A DNA stretch of 41,004 nt from Catajapyx aquilonaris (lineage: Eukaryota), in contig JYFJ02003480.1 in NCBI GenBank assembly GCA_000934665.2, forward strand, positions 1-41,004, given 5' to 3'. Positions 23,934 through 34,939 of the stretch are shown piece by piece. The notes beneath the pieces were generated by a model. The model made no database searches and was not told the DNA's origin. It saw only the letters and a list, made by a program, of their open reading frames with translations. The translations under genes and the position numbers were made by a program. Position 1 is the stretch's first letter; every line of letters starts with the position of its first letter.

Positions 23934-26900
23934 ATGGGAGCAAAGGAAGAAAAAGAAGAAGAGTACGACCGTGGCCAATGGGGCTCTAAAGCGGAATTCC
24001 TCCTATCTTGCATTGGCTACTCGGTTGGAATCGGAAACATTTGGCGATTCCCATACCTGGCCTACGAGAATGGAGGAGGTAAGCCCATACAGTACATCCC
24101 AACCACAATTCACGCTCTTTCCCTCAAAAGTCCTCCCGTCCGAATAATCCAGGTAGTGCTTTAACATGGGATGAGACTATTATGTCAGGATATCCTAGAT
24201 GACCTTTGTACTTGTACTAAACATCCAGGTCCATGGGGGTGAGTTCCTCATGTGGTTAGTCTATTAGTGTCAAGAAATCCCACCCCAGACAAACCCAGAG
24301 GCTACCCAACTCCGAGCTTGCTGAAGAGGGAAAACCCAGGATCGAACCCAGGACCCTTCCATCCGTGACGTGACGCCATTCTGCCTCCCCTGCCCTGTCC
24401 AAATATTTAGCTTAGAATTGACGCGCGCACATTTACCAGTGTGTGCGAGTGTGGAGGGAGGTTGGCCATTGACTTGTTTGTTCAAACTTTGTGAACACTG
24501 CATGTGTCGGAACATCGAACATTAAAGAGGTCTGATAAGCTGCACTATCATTTTTCGGTGCTAAAAAGAGGTTGTAAATGGCTGGGATATGACTATCAGA
24601 ATGAAACCGTCAGTGACAGGTACGAGGCGGTACTTCATATTGCTTGCAAAATTATAGACGAGAGCCTTTACCGCAAAAAAAAAATTGCAGACCAAGGTGA
24701 TAATAAGCAGCTGAAAAAAAAACTGTAAGCTCCTTTGCAGACACGAAATATAAACGTAATTCAGAGAATAGAAAATTCCATGAATTCAGGTGTTTTTTTT
24801 TTTCATTTTTACAGTTACACAAGAAGCTATTTATAGGTTGCAGCTGTGAATAGCAGTGGGCTTTTTATCGTGTCTATAATATTCTACTAAACGATATTTG
24901 ATATTTTTAAAAAAATGCTTCGTACTTGCGTGTACTATGTCATAGCAGGGGTTATACGTGAAAACCTATAAAATTTGCACTTTTAAATATTTCCTCAAAA
25001 TCTGTATCAAAAGCTGGATTTCTCAGCTGAATTCAATAACTACTATAGCCTACATGTCACATTATGTAATAACGAGGCATGGTGAAACATGTGTCGTGAA
25101 ATTGGATCGCATCATTGATTTTAAAGCATACATGTAGGGTTTGACTAATGCTATTATCACAGTAGCATGTATGTTATACATGCTACTGTGATAATAGCAT
25201 TAGTCAAACCCTACATGTATGCTTTAAAATGAAGATGGAAAACCTGGCGTAACTAGAACAAATTTGTCTCATTGTTAACGGGCACGCTCAATTTCATCAA
25301 ATTTGGTCATACATACCCATCAAAGGAGCCGACAAGCTCACTGCACACATAACCTTCAAATTCCATTATTTCGTGTGTGCAGGATGGTGAGAATAATTCC
25401 CATATAAGTAGGCATTTATTACTGACTTTTTTCCCACACGGTCAAGTGCAAAGGCGCAAATTCCATGTTTGTTGTTAGCGACTTTGATACCTGATGACGA
25501 CAGGAATTTCTTAATACCGAATGGTATAGACTATTTCCGGACTATTTCTGGATATACTTCGTGTTGAAAGGGAATACCGAGAGATGAAAGCGCTATTTGG
25601 CAATTGCAATAGTATACAGTTGTGGCTTAATCTCCGATTATGCTGGGTAATGTATCTGAGAACCTGGCATAATCGGACATTTTCTCTCGTTAAATGTCAT
25701 AAATGGAAATTACCGGTAGAGAAAATCTCCGATGCAATGTATTACGAATATAATTTTATTGTTTAATTTTTCAGGAGCATTTCTGCTACCCTACATAATC
25801 CTGCTCCTTTTGGTGGGTAAGCCCATGTATTACATGGAGCTGGCTTTAGGTCAGTATTCCCAGCAGGGTCCACTCAACGTGTGGAAATTGTATCCAGCTG
25901 CTAAAGGTACAGTATCTTCACTACATTAACAACTAAGTTATGTAATCTAGTAGCCTGTTATGTAAACACGCAAAGGGAATAACGCGAATAGTTCCGGATG
26001 AAAAATATTACACAAAATAACACGAACGACACTGTTGAAAATGAATTCCGTTATTTAATCCACACTATTTTTTTTGCAGGTGTTGGATTTGCTATGTTGA
26101 CGGTGTCATTCATATGTGCAATATCGTACAACGTGCTAATGGCATACAGCGTATTTTTCATGGCTGCTTCATTCACGTCCGAGTTGCCATGGACAGCTTG
26201 CAGTGAATGGTGGGGAGCAGACGAAAATTGCTACATAAGAGACAACACCACTGTCAACCTTCCAGAATGTAACGACACAACGACATTCTCCACACCTGCG
26301 ACACCGATATTGTGTCTCAAGAAAGACAGAGAGACAGCTTCGCAACAATACTGGCAGTTCGTGAATTTTTCTATTCATAACTGATTGTTGTTGGCAATTT
26401 GTCATTGTAGTTTCTTATTATCAGGAAGTATGTCCTTGGATTTCGACAAGGTGGAATTGGTCCCCTTGGAGACATCGGTATTATCAAGTGGGACCTTGCA
26501 TTGTGTCTTCTGCTGGCCTGGATTATAGTCTTCTTGTGCCTCATGAAAGGAATCAAGAGTTCTGGAAAGGTAAGGCACATCCTGCTGTCTGTCATGGTGT
26601 GGTCATTGACTGCTCAACCAACAAATTTTTTGACCACCTGTTCATTCTAAAAATATAATAAACCTAAAATAATATAATGTAATTTTTAAATGCCTGTAAA
26701 ATAATTATCAGGGATGCCATTGGACATTTTTAAATGTAAGGCTGAAGGTGTCATGTGAATCATGTCCCATTCCCTCGGCATGCTTTTGGTGGTTTCTCGG
26801 GCTTATCATCACTTAAGAAATTCAAGCTCTTTGCCACATAATCACTTGGATTCTCAGAAACTTTTTATAGACCCTGTCTATTAAGAAGCTTGGACTATTT

Positions 26901-29900
26901 GTTTCAAATATTTCTTTGTATCCCTTTTCAGGTCGTGTACTTCACTGCCACGCTTCCCTACGTCGTCCTGTTAATTCTTCTCATTTTGGGACTGACTCTG
27001 GAAGGGGCTGGCACAGGACTCTATTATTTCTTTGTGCCTCAATTTGACAAGCTAGCTGACATAACGGTAAGTCCATAGCCACTCAACATGAAGTACACTA
27101 CAACGAATTGATCACCTTTGGAAAAATCTGGTGCAATGATCTTTTCATGTGCAGTAAAACATCCCTCAACAGGCAAGGTTGTAAAATGTTTTGTGTTTAC
27201 AGGTATGGCGTAATGCTGCCACCCAAATGTTCTACTCGTTAGGTATATCATGGGGAGGAACTATTATGTTTGCATCGTACAATCCTTTTCGCAACCGCGT
27301 CAATACAGACGCCATGATCATCTCCTTCATGGATACCTTTACCTCCATCATTGGCGGAATGGTCATCTTCAGCATCCTGGGAGCCATGGCCACTGAACTA
27401 CATGTGCCCATTGAAAAAGTTGTCGCAGGCGGTACGTAACCAGCTTGCATTAGGATTAAATTTGTCCCCAATTGAGCAGGTTGCCTACACTGAAATTGCC
27501 ACAATGCAACAAGCATTTAGGTGATTTCCTGATGACAGTTCATTATTAAATATACTCTATTTTATCTTTCAATTTCCTCTGGTTTAGTATGTCATATTAT
27601 AATATGACCACCCATCTTTATAAAGATGGGTGGTCCACATTTGCTTGTCGTATGTGTGGGCAAGGGGTTGTGGCCCAAAGTGTAAGTGTACTGCACAGAA
27701 CATGGGTTCAGGGGAGTTCAAAGGGTCATTCAGAAATTCCCCAATAAACCAGATCTGTCTTATGTAACTTATCCAGATTACTCTGACATGTGAATGACCC
27801 TTAAAGGGTGTGAAATCAGCAAGGCTTATTTTCTGCACGACCCATTTTATCTACTCAAGCCGCTCTAAGCATAATATGCATTTAGCCTTTCAGGTACAAA
27901 TATTGAATATATTCTTAAAGTGTGTAACATAAATGCATTAAAATACATTTATTTTAGGTCAAGGTCTGGCCTTCATAGTATATCCAGAGGCCCTCGCAAA
28001 GCTACCAGTCCCTCAACTGTGGACATTTATATTTTTTGCCATGCTTTTCTTTTTGGGATTGGATAGCGAGGTAAGATAAACCCACATGTTGTAGATGCAT
28101 GTTCAAGTTGCTTGTACAGTATGGTGCTATGACTGTCCTGCAGTCCTGCACATAACCTAATGACCAGCAAAAAGCATGTTACTTTTCAAAAGTTATGTGA
28201 TCAATTAAGTATTGCAATACTTAATTGATCACATAACCTTTGAATTTAATTACCTAAAAATTAATTAATTAATTAAACATTAATTTAATTAATTACCTAA
28301 AAAATAAATCATATGGTGTGAATTCTGAAGTGGCTGGAATTTGCGTAACATATAAATTGTTAATTCAGCTGGTGAACATTGTGTCTTTTGTGTTAACAGT
28401 ACACATGTCATTTGTGATCACCAACTTAGTCATGTATGCAGTATTTTCTGGGACCTTAAATTTAAGCAATATTATTAATTTTACTAAAAAATCCTTTTCA
28501 GTTTGCCCTGCTGGAAGCTGTTTTGACTGGTCTGTATGATGAATACCCTCGTACTCGCAAGTACAAGATCTTATTCACAGCAGCACTATGTGCATTCTGT
28601 TTCCTCATAGGCCTCCCATGTGTGTCAAATGTAAGTACAAGCACTATGACAATGTAATGATGCATTATTAATTCATTTTGCAACTCGCCTCCTGATGTAT
28701 AGTCTGGCGCATATGTTTTCCACCTGATGGACAACTTTGGTAGCAGTTTTGGAGTAACAATCATCGCCATTTGTGAGGTGGTGGCCATCATGTGGGGATA
28801 TGGCATGAGGAGATTCACCAAGGACATAGAATTCATGCTTGGAATCAAGGTGTCATGGTATTGGCAGATATGCTGGGTCTTCTTCTGCCCAGGGTTGCTC
28901 ATCGTAAGTATTATTCAAGCTGTTTTGGCAGCAGTGTCAATAGATGTACTGGAGGTCAACTGAATAATTGATAACTTGAATTGTTATTTTAAAGGATCCC
29001 TTCTATGGTGTACCACAATTATTTCTGTTGGAGGTCGTTCTTAATAATACTGTAGATGAAAAAGTGAAACTCCCTTTTGAAATAGCTTTCCTGAAGAATG
29101 GAAAATCTAGGGTTTAAAGTTGAGAATTTGCCATTTAAAAAAATTTGCAATGTCCAAAAAGCGCTAGGAACATGTCATAATTTTAATTTTTATGACTATT
29201 TGCAGATGATGGCCAATTTTTGTGTCGCATATTGTTCACCAACAATTTTAATGAAATTAAAACATGCTCAAGCAGGATTCTCCACCTAATGCCCTATTTC
29301 AGCTGTTGCCACTTCAACTAGCATTTATTTTATTAAAATAATATCAGTTTAAGTGAAAAATGTGTGCGTGCAACCTTAATAATTGGCCATCTACTATTGT
29401 CATAAATATTAAAATCAAAGTTTTGGCAGGTTTGTAGTGCCTTCCGTGGCCAAATGAAATGCAAAAAATTGCACATTTTAAATGATGAAGTCCAGATTTT
29501 AATTACTCAGAGAACAGGTATTTAAAAACTGGGTTTCACCTATTTATCAAATTAGGAACAACTTTCACCATAAAATCCACCCTGAAAGAGATCCTTTCGA
29601 ATTTTGTGTATAAATAGCATTAGAAAATCAAAACTAGCTAGTATTAATTCTCTCTTGAACCATACATCACAGGGGATATTCCTGACTTCAATCATATCAT
29701 GGGAGAACCCGCAGTTCGACAAATTCGAGTACCCAGGGTGGGCACTCGGTTTTGGCTGGTTCCTCACCGCTATTGCCTGTATCAACATTCCCATTTGGTT
29801 CGTCATTACAGTCGTCTATTACTGGAGAAAAGGGGTAAGCGGATCATTTTACAGGGTATCCACAATCAAACACAGCTGTAGTACTCTTAAAGTTGACACA

Positions 29901-30236
29901 GGGTTCACTCTAGTGCAGTATAGGCCTATATTATCCACCTATGATTAGACAGTGATTTTGATTATTTCTAACAATGACATGCAGCCTCAAATGAAAGAAA
30001 AGACAAAAGATGTCCTTGTTCAATTCCGATACTAATAAGCATGGTGATAACAATGAAAACATTTTTGGTGGGCTGTGCTAATTATTTATTTGAATTAGGA
30101 TGTGATGCAGGCTTTTCGACCCCTTCCATCATGGGGCCCTGGAGACAAAGCTGCTCAGCTGGAGCTTCTCCAGCGAGACAAGGAGGTTCCCATGGAAAAG
30201 GTGGGGCACGAAAATCCAATCGCCACTGTAGAGTGA
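23934..30236 (+). CDS. SLC6/NSS sodium-dependent amino-acid transporter (NAT / glycine-proline-transporter-like), 601 aa, 11 coding exons
   Basis: Exons 23934-24078, 25775-25906, 26080-26356, 26425-26569, 26932-27066, 27203-27431, 27958-28070, 28502-28630, 28703-28903, 29673-29834, 30099-30236; 1806 nt with consistent phases. Motifs: [96 protein letters not shown]. Confidence 0.96.
24200..24390 (-). mobile_element. Old diverged copy of the tRNA-derived SINE
   Basis: Minus strand reads ggggaggcagaatggcg...cggatggaagggtcctgggttcgatcctggg, colinear with the head of the 40329 SINE, including the B box. 3' boundary approximate. Confidence 0.65.
25118..25230. repeat. Perfect palindrome, 55-bp arms with 3-nt loop
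   Basis: 25118-25172 is the exact reverse complement of 25176-25230; loop gtt. Confidence 0.95.
28185..28244. repeat. Perfect loopless palindrome (23-bp arms, extending to 30 with one mismatch)
   Basis: gttatgtgatcaattaagtattg|caatacttaattgatcacataac at 28192-28237. Confidence 0.95.
28993..29595. mobile_element. Possible Kolobok-type MITE
   Basis: Left end TTAA|AGGATCCCTTCTATGGTG versus reverse complement of the right end AGGATCTCTTTCAGGGTG; right flank reads TTCG rather than TTAA; fills most of SLC6 coding intron 9. Confidence 0.4.
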
Positions 30237-30448
30237 TTTATATTTTAGTACTACCTACAGCATCAGTATTCTCATGTCCACCATGTTCAACCAAGTCGAT
30301 CTACTTGTACGAAGCAAATGTCGTTCCTATGATCATTTGACAAAGGTGACAACTGTTTTAATGTTTTATGCAAATGCTAATTTTTTAATGACCGGTGAAA
30401 TTGTCTCATCAATCACTGACATAAAATATGAGATTGTAAGTTTGAGTT

Positions 30449-30454
30449 AATAAA
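30449..30454 (+). terminator. Candidate polyadenylation signal of the SLC6 gene
   Basis: AATAAA about 210 nt after the TGA at 30236, followed by GT-rich sequence. Confidence 0.45.
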
Positions 30455-31144
30455 GTGTTACTCAAGACTTTGATTGGATTGTATTCCCTGAGAAGCAGAA
30501 TGTTAGTAAAATACTAGTATTATGGTTTACATAGTTTGGTCATGCTCACATTATAGGATGCAGTTTGCACTGTTATGATCAAAGCTGACAAGTGGACGGA
30601 TGTACAGTACATGATGCTATTTCTATACTGCCTTATGTCGTGGGCATGCAAAAGAAACACACTAAAAATGCAGTTTCAAGGTATAATGCACTCCCGATTA
30701 TCCATGCTAATAAAAGGTGTGCCTTGACAATAGGACATGATCCAAAAACAGTCCTAGATATTGTAAAACCAAGCTATTTGGAAGTTATAATTGAACTACT
30801 GGACACACTGCATGCTGCTAAATAAAGTTTAATCAAAATAATAAAACTTACCATAGATTTTTAGTTTGTCTTCTGGAAGAAGTCTTGTACTGTACAGCTG
30901 ACTCTGATTATAAGAGCCTCGGCAATAATAGATTCTGTTATAGCAGACTGATTTCCATGGTTCCTTGAAGTGTGTGATATGCAGAGGCTACTGTACTTCT
31001 TTGTTTGCAAGACATAACATTCACTTGGACGTTTACTCCTTTCTTTTTTATTGGCATTGCATGGATAATCCACAACACTGATAATAATAATCCGCACCTG
31101 GATAATCAGAAGTACAGAACCGTTCATAAAGAATGATACGACTC

Positions 31145-31434
31145 TATGGTCGGGTTGCACCGGCTCCCGGAAAATTTACCTGGCCAAAGAAGAGCCAGAA
31201 TAGTTTGTTATTCATTGTTGACAGAATTGTTGACATTTACGTTGAGCCGGGAGGGAGCGTCATTGAGCGTCAGAGAAGCCGGCTGGTCACCTACTCGAGC
31301 CCAGCAGTCATACATCGAGGGTGAGATGTCAACACGAGCTTGTAACTATAAAGCCTGTCAGCATGTCTGAGTAAATAAACAGATTGTTCTGAGACAATGA
31401 GTTTTGGTTCTGTTTCCCACTACGCTCTCACCAC
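31145..31434 (+). mobile_element. Possible degenerate LTR
   Basis: Starts tatggt and ends accaca (degenerate TGTGGT...ACCACA); internal TATAAA and AATAAA; followed by gTGGC (PBS-like). No TSD or second copy seen. Confidence 0.25.
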
Positions 31435-32219
31435 AGTGGCAAGATCACAGGTACAGCAGGTAGGAGCCTAACTAGGTCCTACTTGAACGGAATAGTGGCC
31501 TAATGCCACAAAACTACTAAGTGGGCCCCATTTATGACAACATTGTTCTGGTTTATTTTGAAAATTGGTCTCCATTACAGAGATAATTGACCATGTAATT
31601 AACTGTCAATTTTAGTTTCATCATTGAAGTGAATAAGGAATGCCATACTGTTAAATCACTCATGTACTATATCACTGAAAAAGATGGGAGACGATTTTGC
31701 ATTTGGTTTCAATGCACAATAGTCTCCAGTTTTCTGAGGGATATAGTACAACAAGGGCATAACTAATAGATTTTTCCAATCATTCATGTTAATTATTCAC
31801 ATGACTAACTTTGAGTCATCAGTCTGGGACCATATGGACCCTTTCTGGCTTGTACTGTGTTGGACATTAATTGAGAAATTTGAGGCACTGGTTGCTAGTG
31901 ACATTTTCCGAATCGGCAGAAGGAATTGAAGATAATGATACTGCGAGCCGGATTCCTTCTTCTACTGCTTCGGAAAACGTCGCTAGCAGTATGCCTCGAT
32001 TTATGTCCAACACTGTACAGTATTACTGGAAGAGGAACAAGGTGTTTTGAAATTTCTAAAAATATTTTGCTTCCTTCATACCTTCTGCCCTTCCCCAGTC
32101 AATGTGCACTCATCACCAAGGAACTGGATCAAAAGGGAGGTAGGAGAGAATTAAATGATTGATTGGTCACTCCAGCATCTAGGTTTTTAACAAAAGCTAT
32201 AACAACAATAAATTCAGAT

Positions 32220-32288
32220 AATGGTGGTATCCCACCCCTCTAAGAGGGCCCATGGCTCTAGCACGGGGTACAAATTGTATTTTTTAAA
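32220..32288 (+). mobile_element. Severely 5'-truncated retroposon (SINE/LINE 3' tail) with 19-bp TSD
   Basis: aacaacaataaattcagat is repeated at 32201-32219 and 32289-32307 around aatggtggtatcccacccctcta...gcacggggtac, which is homologous to the 40329 SINE tail. Confidence 0.8.
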
Positions 32289-32837
32289 AACAACAATAAA
32301 TTCAGATGACAGATCAGATGGATGCAAAACTGTGCAAGTAATGTATGCTGCATTTTAAAACAAGACCAAAAACATACATTCCAGTATTTTTTTAAAAAAG
32401 TAGTAAGACCTCTGTGGCGGAATAAAAGTACAGGTCAAATATCGTTACAACAAAACCAGCAGGACCGGGCAGATGTTTTCGTAATAACGGAATTTCGTTA
32501 CATCGAGATCAGTTACTTTAATTCCCCACGCAGGTATGTCTGAATCTGTCAACTACTGGCACACTTGTACGTCGTCATCTAGCGCTACAAAATGGTGGAA
32601 GGTTACTTCATCTGGCACACCGGTGCTTTCAGCGACGGACCTCCACACAGACAGGTCGTCACGGTCATCTGAGTTTTTGGCGTCCTGGTCACTCCCAAAA
32701 ACAAACACTGCCGACCCTGTGATGCAACTTTTACTCCCAACATTTCACGATTGTTGACTGTGTTACACACGACCATGCTGCAGTGATCATGTCAATGGCT
32801 TGCTTGATGTTTACGGTGCACTCGCTTATCGCTAGAC

Positions 32838-33066
32838 CAGTGGTTTCCAACCTGGGAGTCGCGGGCAGGGTCGCGAGCCTGCAGTTAAATTTTTCTTTTT
32901 TGAAATTTTTGTGTAAATTGAACTATTTTTGCTGCCGTACAGAGTGTGTGTTTTCTGGAAATGGGTCAGTTGTAGAAGGGGCCAGGAGGGGGGGGGGGGG
33001 GGGNGGTTGCACATTTATGGACACATGTTTAGGGGGTCGCAGTTGGTAGAAGGTTGGAAACCACTG
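32838..33066 (+). mobile_element. hAT-type MITE, copy 2
   Basis: TIR CAGTGGTTTCCAACCT / AGGTTGGAAACCACTG; 8-bp TSD cgctagac at 32830-32837 and 33067-33074; internal poly-G contains the only N (33004). Confidence 0.93.
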
Positions 33067-33360
33067 CGCTAGACAGTGTTGGAGCACGTGTGACTGAACA
33101 TTGCACTAGTGAATATTTCGTTATATCAGGTTCAATACTAGCCGGGGAACCACCTTTCGTATTTGTTGTATTGAAAATTTCGTAGTAACGCATTTCGGAA
33201 TAATGGGATTACAAATACATTGCTCTTAGGGCTGGCCAACCAAAAATATATATTTTTTTTGCTTTCTATTGAAATTGTGGCATTGGTATTTGCTAAAGCG
33301 AGATTTGACCTGTACTGAAACACGGTAGGTGCACAAGACCTTCACCAATTGATTTAAGCT

Positions 33361-33480
33361 GTATCAACAGTTCAAAAAGAAAGCGTCAGGATGAAAGGAA
33401 CCAGTTAACTGGTTCCTTTCATCCTGACGCGTGGCTGCCCGCTCGACGCGACGGGACAATTCTTTTTGAACTGTTGATAC
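33361..33480. repeat. Nested palindrome
   Basis: Inner perfect loopless palindrome 33383-33430 (24-bp arms) plus outer perfect 21-bp arms 33361-33381 / 33460-33480, with a 29-nt GC-rich insert on one side only. Confidence 0.95.
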
Positions 33481-34939
33481 CATATGTCTTACTCAGGCAA
33501 TTCCAAAATTAATTCTGATAAAATATCCTTTCTAAAAAGGGTTCCATGAGCCACTCCATGTAAATGTTTTCTGAAATTAGGAACTTCAATATTGAGTATA
33601 CTGAATTTCTAAATGACTGGTGAGAATTTTGTTCCATGAAACATTCATGCACAATCGTTGCCTCCTCTAGATACTGATTTTAACTGTAATGTTTAATTTT
33701 TTCACATGTAGACGTAAATTGGTGAATTTCTGAAGGTATTTTTTGATGGGATTCTGCATTTTCAAGAGCGAAAATTTCAATCTGTCAATCCCCCCCAAAT
33801 AAAACCCTGCTTGTGTCATGTAGCTCAAGCATTCTTCTCGTAGAGAAAAACCGTAGACAACACGGGGGGAACAGATTTTCGTGGACAATCGCCAGGTAGA
33901 CTGGTAGAACACGCAAAATATAGGGATGTGCAAGAATTTTTGGGCGCAGTTGCGTAGTTCATGTACCCGGATTCTTACTCCGAAGGGATTTGAATCACCT
34001 ATTGTACGAGTATATTATTGACCAACATGGACAATGAGTTAGGGGACCAAGGCCAGATTATTCAGCGGCAGACGAGCTGGCTTTTGCTGCTTTGAAGCTG
34101 GCAGAGCAAAGGTGATGTCACGGAACTTAAAAGGCGCCTTACTCATTAACTACACAACTGCACCCAAAATGCTTGCATGTCCCTATATTAGTTTTAAGAG
34201 TAGGCTACTATCAGTTACCTGGCGATTGTCTGCGAAAATTCCTTCACCCTGTATATCTATAGCCAATCCTTCACCAGGATGTCTTTTCTGGAACAATAAT
34301 TTAAATATAGGTGTAACAAATGATTCATTCTTGGTCATACATGCAGAACATACGCAGATATACAGCACAAAGGTACATCAAAATTTATTACCGAAGGTTG
34401 CTTACATCCAGCTAGTCTTTAAACTTCAGTGCGCTTCTGGATAACCATTTAATTAAGAAATATAAACTTCCCATGATCAGTCGGAAGAATTACAACAACT
34501 TGTTGACATCTCGGAAGATGGGCTCTATACCAACAAGCAAGTAGAATAGCAAGATTGACTAAAATTGAATCACAAGGCATTTTGCTTCACTGTAACACAC
34601 AGACTGCAGGCACTTTCAACAGTCTTTGACAGAAGCACTTTGCATAGCTAAGGTTTATTTTTTATCATCCTGAGAAATTCTTTCAATAATTGATATTGCC
34701 ACCAGGGCAATTTGCCTCTCCAACATGCCATCTCATTTTCTATTCAGTCTAAGTTTTGCCATTGCCTGCAATCAATATGAAAATATCGGCATACTTTTAT
34801 GTACTTAATATAAATTAAGAGATGTTCACAGCAAAATAGCTCTAACCATCTATAGGTAACGGTACATCTCTAGCGCTCTCTCACTCTCACACACAATGCA
34901 TAAATTAATATCACAGGCCCATTCAATGGTAAAGTAATA

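Noticed and set aside
6187..30236. Co-oriented methyltransferase + adenylating enzyme + transporter as a biosynthetic gene cluster
   Set aside because: The ANL member appears catalytically dead, and adjacency of three genes in an animal genome is not evidence without co-expression or conserved synteny.
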